Source: a virus (taxonomy: Duplodnaviria > Heunggongvirae > Uroviricota > Caudoviricetes). Taken from it: a DNA stretch of 39,002 bases. Under the pieces are notes generated by a model. It saw only the letters and a list, made by a program, of their open reading frames with translations, did no database searches and was not told where the DNA came from. Both the position numbers and the translations under genes were made by a program. Positions within the stretch are counted from its first letter, which is position 1. The number at the start of each line of letters is the position of its first letter. The stretch covers positions 1 to 39,002 of the IMG/VR virus record IMGVR_UViG_3300005512_005684; one strand, 5' to 3'. Below, in pieces: positions 27,524-35,834 of this stretch.

Positions 27524-28306
27524 ATGAACGTCGATGCTGATTTGCTGCGGAAGAAAGGTAAGCTGCGCGCTATCGGTGTGTTCAAGGCTGTTGACAATCC
27601 AGACGAGTGGTATGAGCACGACGGTTGTATCTGGCGTATTGGTCAGCATGGCCGTGTGTCGAATATGGGAGAGGCCAAAGGATTCAACTGGAAGCGCCAC
27701 AAGATCAAGGAACGTGTGGCTACACAGGGAGATACTCGAATGAAGAAACGCATAGCAGAGATCGCAGAACGTTTAGCTCGCCGGGTGGACTTGGGCACAC
27801 ATGTCAATTGGGACCGGATGCTCAATGACATAGATGGTTTCATTGATCAAAATCTCGGTGTTATGGAAGGTGTGCCGGAGTTGAAGCATGACGCAGCGAA
27901 GGCTCGTGCGTCTCTCGCGCGGGTTAGGGATACCATTCAAGAGGGACTCCATTCTCGCGGACGCAAGGGAAGCAATCGCGTTGGCTCCAGCGACTCGTTG
28001 GAAGACAAAGCGCGTGCGTTCGGTAAGAGTTGGACGAAGGTTCAGAAAGCCCTTCACAGTGCTCGTGGCCTTTTGCACAATGACTATCGGTCGAAGTTCA
28101 AAGATGCGACGTTTGACAAGGGGAAGCGTAGGATGGTGTCCGCGGATGGAACGATGGCACTCCAGTGGATGCTCCGAAGCAACCCTGACAAGCCGATAGA
28201 CTACAACAATCAGCAAACCTCTGTAGGAACGGTGGTGTTGGTAACACTGAAGGGACGTAAAGCGTCAATCACACCGACCGTTTCCCGGATGCAACCGCGG
28301 ACGTAG
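27524..28306 (+). CDS. Multi-module protein with internal tag B and possible internal start at 27740; C-terminus may be frameshifted (to 28437)
   Basis: TTTTACAGGAG RBS; internal ACAGGGAG...ATG MKKRIAEIAERLA. Confidence 0.7.
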   Translation: MNVDADLLRKKGKLRAIGVFKAVDNPDEWYEHDGCIWRIGQHGRVSNMGEAKGFNWKRHKIKERVATQGDTRMKKRIAEIAERLARRVDLGTHVNWDRMLNDIDGFIDQNLGVMEGVPELKHDAAKARASLARVRDTIQEGLHSRGRKGSNRVGSSDSLEDKARAFGKSWTKVQKALHSARGLLHNDYRSKFKDATFDKGKRRMVSADGTMALQWMLRSNPDKPIDYNNQQTSVGTVVLVTLKGRKASITPTVSRMQPRT

Positions 28307-28454
28307 CGAAGACGCTGGAGGGAATGGGTCTGGGAGAGAAAGGAATTGCCGGTATGGAAGGGTACGGTGGTCAGGTTCATGTAGCGTTAGGACGCGCCGG
28401 CAAGGTGACTCAGGGACTCGTTCTTTGGTTCAGGTAGTTACAGGAGACTGAACA

Positions 28455-28760
28455 ATGGCTGACGTGAGAGAACTCCAGGACTTCGAGCGGATGGTTGTGG
28501 CTGGAAGCAAGCCGGACCCGGCGGAGTTGATCAAGCTCGTGGCTCGGTTGGAAAAGATCGAGGGGAAGATGTCGGATAAGGATCAAGGAACGCTTTCCAA
28601 CATTCGCGGTTACTTGGCCGGAGTTCCAGGAAGCACTAACTATCGACCACCGCCGAAAGGTCGGTCAAGAGCAGACGAAGGTGACGGCTGGAGCGTAGAG
28701 CCACGTCGTTACAGGGAGTATTTGTTCGACGCCAAGGTTCTCACCAAGGCTTACTTATAA
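28455..28760 (+). CDS. Tag-A protein (MADVRELQDFERMVVA)
   Basis: TTACAGGAG RBS; tag A. Confidence 0.8.
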   Translation: MADVRELQDFERMVVAGSKPDPAELIKLVARLEKIEGKMSDKDQGTLSNIRGYLAGVPGSTNYRPPPKGRSRADEGDGWSVEPRRYREYLFDAKVLTKAYL

Positions 28761-28773
28761 GGGAGAGACTACG

Positions 28774-29748
28774 ATGCCCAAGGGATACAAAGACATCGAA
28801 CCGGGTGACACGGTAACGATCCGAACGCCGCAAGGCCAGACTCGAAGAGGTCGAGTCGTAATGAAAGGCCCCGCCGGGTGGGTATTGAATCTCGGGGGAA
28901 GGCACGGCACTCCTGGAATCGCTTCGCCAGAGAATACAGTGAAGGTGACGAAGAGTAAGAAATCCAGGAACCAGAACCCATTAGCCAGACGTATCGGCTC
29001 AGTCTCTCCGCGTGTGGCTTCGATTGCGAGGCGAGTAGCGGCTGAAGGTATTCTGAAGCAACACAGGGCTATTGCTGAGAAATGGGTGGGGGAACCTTGT
29101 ACGTTGAACGGAAAACCAGCGACGGTTAATGGTCGCAAGCTCCGGTTTCCAGTTGTGGCCGCAGACGACGGGGAGAGTTACGAGTGGTCGTGGGAGGCGG
29201 TAGATCGGATCATGAAAAAGGATGGCAAGTTTTCGTCACGTGACGAAGCCAAGGGGAAGCGTACACGGAAACGAAAAGGTGGTCTGACGGCCCCAGGCAA
29301 GCGTGACGGCACTGGCCCCGCCAAGGGTAGTCAGAGGCGTCAACAGGGTCTCAAAGGCCGTAGGAAGCAACGTGGTGAGCCGTGCGTGACTTGTGAGCAG
29401 GTGAAGAAAGCTGGACGTGAGTATGAGCGTGTGGAATGGCTGGAGTTCCTGACAGGAGCAGATGACCTTCCTCGGGACGTGAAGCAACTCCAAAAGAAAT
29501 TCGAGGCTCGGATCGAGGAACTCATGGTCGAGCACGTGCCGCAGTTCCAGGAAGATGCTCCAGACCAAGAGGAAATCTATCGAACGGCGTACTTGTCGTT
29601 TGCCTCTCTTGTCGGTCATGGTGTCGGTCTCTGGGAAGGTGACGAAGATTGGCACGAAGACTTTGAGAAAGTCGTGGAGCGTGATAGCAAGGCGAAAAGC
29701 CTTGGGCAAGACATCGAAATGGAAACCGCAGGGTTGGGGGAAGATTGA
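28774..29748 (+). CDS. Polyprotein-like multi-module protein with internal tag B
   Basis: SH3-like beta module, linker PLARRIGSVSPRVASIARRVAA, second module, basic GKRDGTGP segment, acidic C-terminal module. Confidence 0.75.
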   Translation: MPKGYKDIEPGDTVTIRTPQGQTRRGRVVMKGPAGWVLNLGGRHGTPGIASPENTVKVTKSKKSRNQNPLARRIGSVSPRVASIARRVAAEGILKQHRAIAEKWVGEPCTLNGKPATVNGRKLRFPVVAADDGESYEWSWEAVDRIMKKDGKFSSRDEAKGKRTRKRKGGLTAPGKRDGTGPAKGSQRRQQGLKGRRKQRGEPCVTCEQVKKAGREYERVEWLEFLTGADDLPRDVKQLQKKFEARIEELMVEHVPQFQEDAPDQEEIYRTAYLSFASLVGHGVGLWEGDEDWHEDFEKVVERDSKAKSLGQDIEMETAGLGED

Positions 29749-29787
29749 ATGTTGAGGTGTCGGGTTGACGACCGGGGAGACGGGTAT

Positions 29788-29825
29788 GCGAGGCGGGGTA
29801 AGCCGACTCCGCCTCGCTACCTTTT
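29788..29825 (+). terminator. 12-bp GC hairpin followed by tacctttt
   Basis: gcgaggcggggt / actccgcctcgc. Confidence 0.6.
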
Positions 29826-29841
29826 ACAGGGAGATAACTAA

Positions 29842-30618
29842 ATGCCGTTCCCAAGCAAAGCAAGTAAGGGTGTCGTGTATATGTTGGCAGACCGCGTTCC
29901 CAAGAGCCAACTGAAAGCTCTCGGTGTCAAAGACGCCAAGAATGTGAGAGCCGTGTACACAGGGCAGAAACGGAAGCCGAAGAAAGGCGAGTGGTATCTC
30001 TCCGGTGCAAGAGTAAGCGCTTACATGGCACCGAACGATCTGGATACTGAATTCCACATTGCGAGACTGGTCTTGAAGGAATTCGACGCGTTAGGAAGCC
30101 CAACAGGAAAAGTCCTCGATCCAAAGACGAAGAGGGTAGTGGCGTATCAGGGAAAGAAACGTGTGGCCGTAATTGCCAGGCGTGTGGCTGCTGAAGAAAC
30201 TGACTGGGAAGACCCGAAGCTACTGGAAGCAATGGAGGTCATGGAGGCCGCAGAGACGAAGCTCGTGCAATGGCTCAATGCCAAGACGCGTGTGTCATGG
30301 AAGGGATATGTTGGAAAGTCCTCTAATCTTTACGAAGGACTTAATGCAGACCTAGACCTTTCGGCTCGTGAAGATCGTCAACGTGGTGGTGGTTTTTGGT
30401 CTGTGAATGTGAGAGCGAAGACAGATGGGACGGTGGTGGTCGAGACCCGTATGCCTCAAGACTCAAGGTCGATTAAGGGACACGGAAATCTCGACTGGAA
30501 TGATTTGAAGAACCCAGAAAAAATCTTCGAGGAAGCGCGGATCAAGAGTGTCATGATCGGCTACAAGCCTCCGCCACTTCCGGGAACAAGGCGTCGCAGA
30601 CGACGTAGAACTACATGA
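29842..30618 (+). CDS. Two-module protein joined by internal tag B, with Arg-rich tail
   Basis: TTTTACAGGGAG RBS; linker KRVVAYQGKKRVAVIARRVAA; ends PPPLPGTRRRRRRRTT. Confidence 0.75.
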   Translation: MPFPSKASKGVVYMLADRVPKSQLKALGVKDAKNVRAVYTGQKRKPKKGEWYLSGARVSAYMAPNDLDTEFHIARLVLKEFDALGSPTGKVLDPKTKRVVAYQGKKRVAVIARRVAAEETDWEDPKLLEAMEVMEAAETKLVQWLNAKTRVSWKGYVGKSSNLYEGLNADLDLSAREDRQRGGGFWSVNVRAKTDGTVVVETRMPQDSRSIKGHGNLDWNDLKNPEKIFEEARIKSVMIGYKPPPLPGTRRRRRRRTT

Positions 30619-30890
30619 AGCACTACGCGCTCAAAGGAATCAGTGACAAGAACAAATGCTGGACGATGATCCGGTCGTACAACCCGGACACGAAGCGACG
30701 TACGTGGCGGCGTTGTGGGAGACCAACGAGAGGAAACCAAGGCCAGTTTCGCGTGTGCGCTCACCATGCTATTTTCGAGGATATAGCTCAGTCCCTCGGG
30801 GCCGATGACAGGGAAGTGCATCCGCTGGAAGTGGTCAGGAATGACGATGGAAGTGTGAAAACCGTGTGTATGAAAAGAGGTAACCAATGA
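30615..30890 (+). CDS. Small Cys/His zinc-finger-like protein
   Basis: KCW...RRCGRP...RVCAHH; ATGA overlaps. Confidence 0.65.
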   Translation: MKHYALKGISDKNKCWTMIRSYNPDTKRRTWRRCGRPTRGNQGQFRVCAHHAIFEDIAQSLGADDREVHPLEVVRNDDGSVKTVCMKRGNQ

Positions 30891-31174
30891 AATCTCTCGT
30901 AGCCTATCACCGTCAACGTCTAGCCGAAGCAGATGATCGGCGACAAAAGCTGATCGATGCTTTTGAGTTGAAGATCAGGAAGCGAAAGCGCCTGAATATC
31001 GACACGGCAATGGGCTTTCTCAATCGTGCGACTGGGATCGACATCCGTGATCTTCACGACGCGTACAAGGAGTTAGCTCGACGACAAGTGTATCCGCCGA
31101 GTAAGCTCCGGGACGTGGAAAAGTACGTCGATGCTTTATTGGAAGAACTACCCGTGGTCATGGAGCCCATCTAA
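30887..31174 (+). CDS. Hypothetical protein with possible truncated tag A (MKSLVAYHRQRLA)
   Basis: GAGGT RBS; LxxY...RLA spacing like tag A but lacking the Glu. Confidence 0.7.
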   Translation: MKSLVAYHRQRLAEADDRRQKLIDAFELKIRKRKRLNIDTAMGFLNRATGIDIRDLHDAYKELARRQVYPPSKLRDVEKYVDALLEELPVVMEPI

Positions 31175-31188
31175 CAGGAGATAGACCG

Positions 31189-31527
31189 ATGGCAAACCCG
31201 AAAGAACTACAAGCCTTTGAGGTTCGTCTTGCCAGTAGGCCGAAGAAACGGAAGTTCGACCGGAAGAAACTTGACGGCAAGGTAAGAGCGATCATGAAGC
31301 TCTTGAAGATCAAGAGAGACGAGGCAGACATACTCGTGAGCAAGCTCGGAGGCCCTACGCATCCGAACAAGGTGGCCTTTGATCAGTTGTTCCCTGGAGA
31401 GCGAAAGTTCACCTTTACGTGTCTTGATTTTGACGAAAAGGACGCCAAGGGAGTATCGGAGGAAGATAGGGAAAGGTACTTCAAGCTCTGTGATTTACTC
31501 TCTGAAGTTGAAGACATCGTGGGGTGA
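31189..31527 (+). CDS. Tag-A protein (MANPKELQAFEVRLA)
   Basis: taACAGGAGatagaccgATG; tag A. Confidence 0.8.
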   Translation: MANPKELQAFEVRLASRPKKRKFDRKKLDGKVRAIMKLLKIKRDEADILVSKLGGPTHPNKVAFDQLFPGERKFTFTCLDFDEKDAKGVSEEDRERYFKLCDLLSEVEDIVG

Positions 31528-31531
31528 AGCA

Positions 31532-32158
31532 ATGGCCAACGTCAACGTACTAAGACGATTCGAGACGAAGCTCCGGCTGGCTAAAGACAGCGAGGTCTTC
31601 CGGTACTTCAATCTCTCGTTCGACATTGACAAGGCCGAGCGATTGACCAAGGGACACCGCGCCAAAAAGGAAATGCCGGAACGTGGCTGGATGCTCCCAA
31701 TGGTGAACGTTGACGATGAACATGCCATGAAAACGGACCTCTCTCGCCCGGTGATCTTTGCGACAGTGGTGTCGGGTGGGAAAGAGTCTATGATGCTGAT
31801 CGATGGGTACCATCGAATTCATAAGGCACTCAAAGAACACGAGCAAGTGTTCTACGTGGTCTTGACCCTTGACGAGACGAAGCAGATTGTCAGCGGTCCT
31901 ACTAAGGCACTCCAAGCCTTTGGTCTCACGAAGGGGCGCAAGCGCTCGGCCAATGAAGACGTGTTGCCGGACACGATCAAACGTGCTCTGCAAAAGGGGA
32001 GAGTCCAGGATCGCAACGTGGTGTCTCAGTTCCAAGGTGACAGTGGGTGGGTGGTGTTCACGAATCGTAGTGCGGTGGCTGGAATGTCGGAGCTTGTACA
32101 AGCGGGTCTCGATTCGGTATCGCACACGAAGGATGGGATAGTGTTGTCGTTCAAGTAA
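31532..32158 (+). CDS. Tag-A protein with ParB/Srx-like domain plus a second module
   Basis: MANVNVLRRFETKLRLA; DLSRPVIF...LIDGYHRIHKA; linker GRKRSA. Confidence 0.75.
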   Translation: MANVNVLRRFETKLRLAKDSEVFRYFNLSFDIDKAERLTKGHRAKKEMPERGWMLPMVNVDDEHAMKTDLSRPVIFATVVSGGKESMMLIDGYHRIHKALKEHEQVFYVVLTLDETKQIVSGPTKALQAFGLTKGRKRSANEDVLPDTIKRALQKGRVQDRNVVSQFQGDSGWVVFTNRSAVAGMSELVQAGLDSVSHTKDGIVLSFK

Positions 32159-32172
32159 CAGGGGATAGACCA

Positions 32173-32757
32173 ATGGCAGACCCGAAAGAACTGAAAGCCT
32201 TTGAGGTTCGCGTAGCCGGACTACTCGACTTTGACAGTCGCGACGATGCGAAGCGACACAAGTTTCAAGTCGGGGACAAGTGGGAAGCTCCGCGCGGAGT
32301 CCGTGAGATTGTCAATGAACAAGGGGGCAAGTTCTTGGTTCAGGCCGTCGGTTACGGAGGAGCCGAGATACTCTCCCCGGATGACCTGGCTTTCGACGTG
32401 TGGCGTGACATGTCTAATACGAAGAGTCAGGCAGAGGCTAAGGCTAAGGCCGAAGGGGAAGCGCGTCAAGAGGAAGATAGGTTGTCGCTCCTGGGGTATG
32501 AGGACACGTTGACCAAGATGCAAGCTGGTAAGGCTCGGAAGTCTCTCCAGAAAGCGATCACATACAATAGGGATCGATACTTTAAGTCGATCAAGGAATT
32601 CGTGATCTGGCTGATCAAGGAACGTCGGGCAAAGCCGGTGACCGAGGGGAGAGAAAAGGTGTTCAAGATGTCCGGTGGTAGTTTCATTGTTGCTCCCTCA
32701 GTTCATGCCTGGGGCTTCGGCAAATACCTCTACGATAACAAGGGTATTCTTCGTTGA
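32173..32757 (+). CDS. Tag-A protein (MADPKELKAFEVRVA)
   Basis: taACAGGGGatagaccaATG; tag A. Confidence 0.8.
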   Translation: MADPKELKAFEVRVAGLLDFDSRDDAKRHKFQVGDKWEAPRGVREIVNEQGGKFLVQAVGYGGAEILSPDDLAFDVWRDMSNTKSQAEAKAKAEGEARQEEDRLSLLGYEDTLTKMQAGKARKSLQKAITYNRDRYFKSIKEFVIWLIKERRAKPVTEGREKVFKMSGGSFIVAPSVHAWGFGKYLYDNKGILR

Positions 32758-32770
32758 CAGGGGAAAGAAT

Positions 32771-34285
32771 GTGGCGCACCTCGACGAACTACGACATTGG
32801 GAAAGGTTACGATTCGCGGAAGCCGTCGCGGTTCGTGAGTTCGCGCGTCTGGAGAGTGAGCACACCGACACGCCGATTGAAGTCTTCCGCGTAGAGCGCG
32901 GCGGGCGGCACTACGTCTTCAAATATGAGAGCGGTTCTTTCCTCTCCTATTCGGTCGAGGGAAGCGACGACGAGGGTGCGGCGAAACGACACTTCGACCG
33001 CATGGTGGGTAACGTGTCCCGCGGCGTGAACCTTTACCGGAAACCATACGCCGTCACGACTACGAAGATGGACGCCAAGGCTCAGGAGCACGTGAGAATC
33101 CTGGAAATGGAGGAAGGGATTCTCAGTGTTGAATGGGACAAGGTGCAAGACATACAGGACAAGTCTGAGGCGGAGGACTTTGCCGAACTACTAAGTGATC
33201 AGATTGAAGGCTGGAAGAAATCCCCAAACTCGCTCGCCGTAAGCAATCATTCCTATTGGCCGACGTTCAAGGCTATGCACACGAAAGCGGTTAAGGCGAA
33301 GTATGGAGCCAAGGTGAAGCTCTATCGGGGAATTCACGGTGACCAAGCTATGGAAATGATCAATAGAAAGCCGTCGCTGAAGGTCAACCGGTTTAGTTCG
33401 TGGACAACGGATATAGAATCGGCCAAGGAATACAGGGGACATTGTGGCGACTGGTGGGTGGTGGTGAAGGTGGTGGTGCCGGCAAGTAGGATTGCCTTTG
33501 CTCCAGTGAAGCTCCCTGAGTTTGTGGAGCCCGACATCTTAATCCGGCTGGAGCATGACATTCAGCATCAAGGCAATGAGCTAATCCTGGAAAGCAAGCA
33601 GTCAATTCAGAACTACACTCTACCGCTGAAAAGCAAGCGGCGGCTGGCCGCGAAGTGGCACGAGTTCGCTTCAACGATCACGCTTTACCACGGCACGTCC
33701 AACGCTCTAATGCCAGCGATCAAAAGGGACGGGTTGACGCCGCCTGACGAGAACTTGGAAGACTACGCCCGGAGAATCGCCGAGCAGTACTTCCCGAACG
33801 GCGACATTCCCCGTGAAGTGTGGGAGGGGATCAAGAAAGGTGCTCTGAGTATGCGTCGTAATGTAGGGGGACACGCGCTCGGGAGCGTCATCTACCTGGA
33901 CGTGAATCTGAAGGAAGCCTCAGACTATGCCAGGTCCACATACCGATGTGGCGGTGAGATTGCCATTGACGTGTGGCGTGCCTGCAATCGTTGGCACTGC
34001 GCCCAACAGGGGAAAGAGGACGAAGTGTGTATCGAGCCGGTACATGCCAAGAGCCAGCCGGTGGTGGTCGAGGTCGAGGTGCCGACTGAATGGGCAATGA
34101 CCTACACGAGCCTTCGCAGGAAATTCCAGGACGAAAAAGAGCTTTACGAAGGTAACGAAGACTGGTTTGCCAAGAGAGGTGTTAGCAGTCTCGAAGAGTT
34201 GCTTGAGGAAAAGGGTGGTGAGGTCCGAGTCAACAGGCTGATACCGCCGTCCATGATTACACAAGTTCACAAAGTGAGTATATGA
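32771..34285 (+). CDS. Tag-A protein with two tandem ADP-ribosyltransferase-like domains
   Basis: GTG start MAHLDELRHWE; domain 1 LYRG...FSSWTT...NELIL (R-S-E type); domain 2 LYHGTS...IYL...ASDYA...VEVEVP...IPPSMI (KptA-like). Confidence 0.7.
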   Translation: MAHLDELRHWERLRFAEAVAVREFARLESEHTDTPIEVFRVERGGRHYVFKYESGSFLSYSVEGSDDEGAAKRHFDRMVGNVSRGVNLYRKPYAVTTTKMDAKAQEHVRILEMEEGILSVEWDKVQDIQDKSEAEDFAELLSDQIEGWKKSPNSLAVSNHSYWPTFKAMHTKAVKAKYGAKVKLYRGIHGDQAMEMINRKPSLKVNRFSSWTTDIESAKEYRGHCGDWWVVVKVVVPASRIAFAPVKLPEFVEPDILIRLEHDIQHQGNELILESKQSIQNYTLPLKSKRRLAAKWHEFASTITLYHGTSNALMPAIKRDGLTPPDENLEDYARRIAEQYFPNGDIPREVWEGIKKGALSMRRNVGGHALGSVIYLDVNLKEASDYARSTYRCGGEIAIDVWRACNRWHCAQQGKEDEVCIEPVHAKSQPVVVEVEVPTEWAMTYTSLRRKFQDEKELYEGNEDWFAKRGVSSLEELLEEKGGEVRVNRLIPPSMITQVHKVSI

Positions 34286-34428
34286 TGGCTGACACACGAG
34301 AGTTACAAGCCTATGAGCAGTGCCTTGAGAACGAAAGGTTGCTGCGCTACGCGGACGTGATTCGATCCGAAGTCACGAGAGATAAGACTGCCGCGGTTGA
34401 CGATACTGCAATCCTTGTGAGGAAATGA
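34285..34428 (+). CDS. 47-aa tag-A mini-protein (MADTRELQAYEQ...), absent from the ORF track
   Basis: ATGATG overlaps the previous stop; its stop abuts the next start; perfect tag-A spacing. Confidence 0.65.
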   Translation: MADTRELQAYEQCLENERLLRYADVIRSEVTRDKTAAVDDTAILVRK

Positions 34429-34431
34429 ATG

Positions 34432-34680
34432 ATGGCAGACCCGAAAGAACTCGAAGTGTATGAGCGTAGCCTGGTGGCCGCACGAGGCAAGTACAACCAA
34501 AAGGACTACAAGTTCTACGTCTTCGCTAACGGCAAGATTTACTCCGGGTGGGAGTACAAGGAAGATGCCCAAGACGGTCTGGAAGATGCTCCTACAGGGG
34601 CAAAGGTACTGACCAAGAAAGGGCTATCGAACAAGGGTGTGGACGTGGACGATAACAAGAACTGGTGGGAGCAAGGATAA
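34432..34680 (+). CDS. Tag-A protein (MADPKELEVYERSLVA)
   Basis: GAGG RBS; tag A. Confidence 0.8.
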   Translation: MADPKELEVYERSLVAARGKYNQKDYKFYVFANGKIYSGWEYKEDAQDGLEDAPTGAKVLTKKGLSNKGVDVDDNKNWWEQG

Positions 34681-35177
34681 TGGCAAATCGACGAAATCTC
34701 TTAGCCTATGAGTTGCGAGTTGCCCGTAGCGACGACCCCAAGTATGACCCTGATTACCAGGGAATCCATTGCAGTCCCCGAGACCTTACAGGGGGAAAGT
34801 GGCGCGGGTACATCGACGCGGACTACGGAGCGGATTTCTTTTCAGAGATTGCGGACGCCATGTCTTTTAGCCTCCAAGACAAGTTCCGGGAGGATGTCGG
34901 TGACTGGTACGAAATGCCTGGCGAGTACGATGACGAGTATGACGAGTGGATCGAGAATGCCGTCGATTTCTTCCGAGAGAACGGTATCCGTTGGGTGTTC
35001 GTGAGCGGTAAGCATGAACTCAGAGAGTTCGGAGACAACTGCTATTATGTGATCCTGAAAGATAACGCGATTCTCGCACACCTTGACGACATACGTGTGA
35101 GGGATATGGCTTATGCGGTTGTCTATGACGAGGGGAAGGGTAAGCCCGAGTTTATTCCTACAAGGGAGGAAGAGTAA
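34680..35177 (+). CDS. Tag-A protein (MANRRNLLAYELRVA), acidic
   Basis: TAATG coupling; GIHCS...WVFVS...FGDNCY may be a degenerate ART-like fold. Confidence 0.75.
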   Translation: MANRRNLLAYELRVARSDDPKYDPDYQGIHCSPRDLTGGKWRGYIDADYGADFFSEIADAMSFSLQDKFREDVGDWYEMPGEYDDEYDEWIENAVDFFRENGIRWVFVSGKHELREFGDNCYYVILKDNAILAHLDDIRVRDMAYAVVYDEGKGKPEFIPTREEE

Positions 35178-35815
35178 TGGCCAGCTTGAAAGACCTCCGT
35201 CAATTCGAGCTACGAATCGCAGCCGGCGCGGTGAAGCTCGACAGTGACAGGGAGCGTACCGCATCCAACGACCAGTCAAGAAACGAGACCGTGGTCGAAT
35301 ACGGCGTCCAGGAAATGCTCAAGCGTAAAAGCCCACGTGCCGCCGCAAGACAAACCGCAAGGAAGCTCGGGGGCGGTGACAACCTCTTCCTGGGAGAGAA
35401 CGTCGTCATTGACGCCGAAGTCCTGGAGGAAGAGTTGTGGGGAAGGATTGTGAAGTACGCCGTCAAAGGGGCTACCATGTTCAAGGAAGGGACGGAACAC
35501 TTTGCCCTGGACGGCGCACTGCAATACTTTAAGCAAAAGGACTCCCTCAGACCGAAGCTGAAGAAACGAGTCATTGAAGCAATGGGTAAGAACCCGTTCA
35601 CACACGATGACAGGGAACGTACATCATCCAAGCTGAGCAAACGAAAGATTGACGGCATTGTATCGGACCTCAATGCCGGTTGGTACGGCGAGTGGAAGGT
35701 CGAAGAGGTCCGAGGACGTGAAGTTGTCGTTAGCCATCCAGTGAGTGGTAGTATTACGACGGTCAATATACCAGAGTGTATTCGGTTCGTTGGTGGGAAG
35801 TATCGTCCTCGATAA
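35177..35815 (+). CDS. Tag-A protein (MASLKDLRQFELRIA) with duplicated DRERT[AS]S linker
   Basis: TAATG coupling; 35245-35268 and 35608-35631 match at 21/24 nt. Confidence 0.8.
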   Translation: MASLKDLRQFELRIAAGAVKLDSDRERTASNDQSRNETVVEYGVQEMLKRKSPRAAARQTARKLGGGDNLFLGENVVIDAEVLEEELWGRIVKYAVKGATMFKEGTEHFALDGALQYFKQKDSLRPKLKKRVIEAMGKNPFTHDDRERTSSKLSKRKIDGIVSDLNAGWYGEWKVEEVRGREVVVSHPVSGSITTVNIPECIRFVGGKYRPR

Positions 35816-35834
35816 GCGGATGTGGAGGCCACTG

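Noticed and set aside
20763-30192. Tag B as a Tat (twin-arginine) signal peptide
   Set aside because: The RR is not followed by FLK or a hydrophobic h-region, is not invariant (SR, RK, ER) and also occurs internally
32675-32770. Upstream starts given by the ORF track (also 2330, 7234, 20703, 23004, 31379, 34665, 36393)
   Set aside because: Most overlap the preceding gene and lack an RBS; the downstream starts have SD motifs or place the conserved N-terminal motif at residue 1
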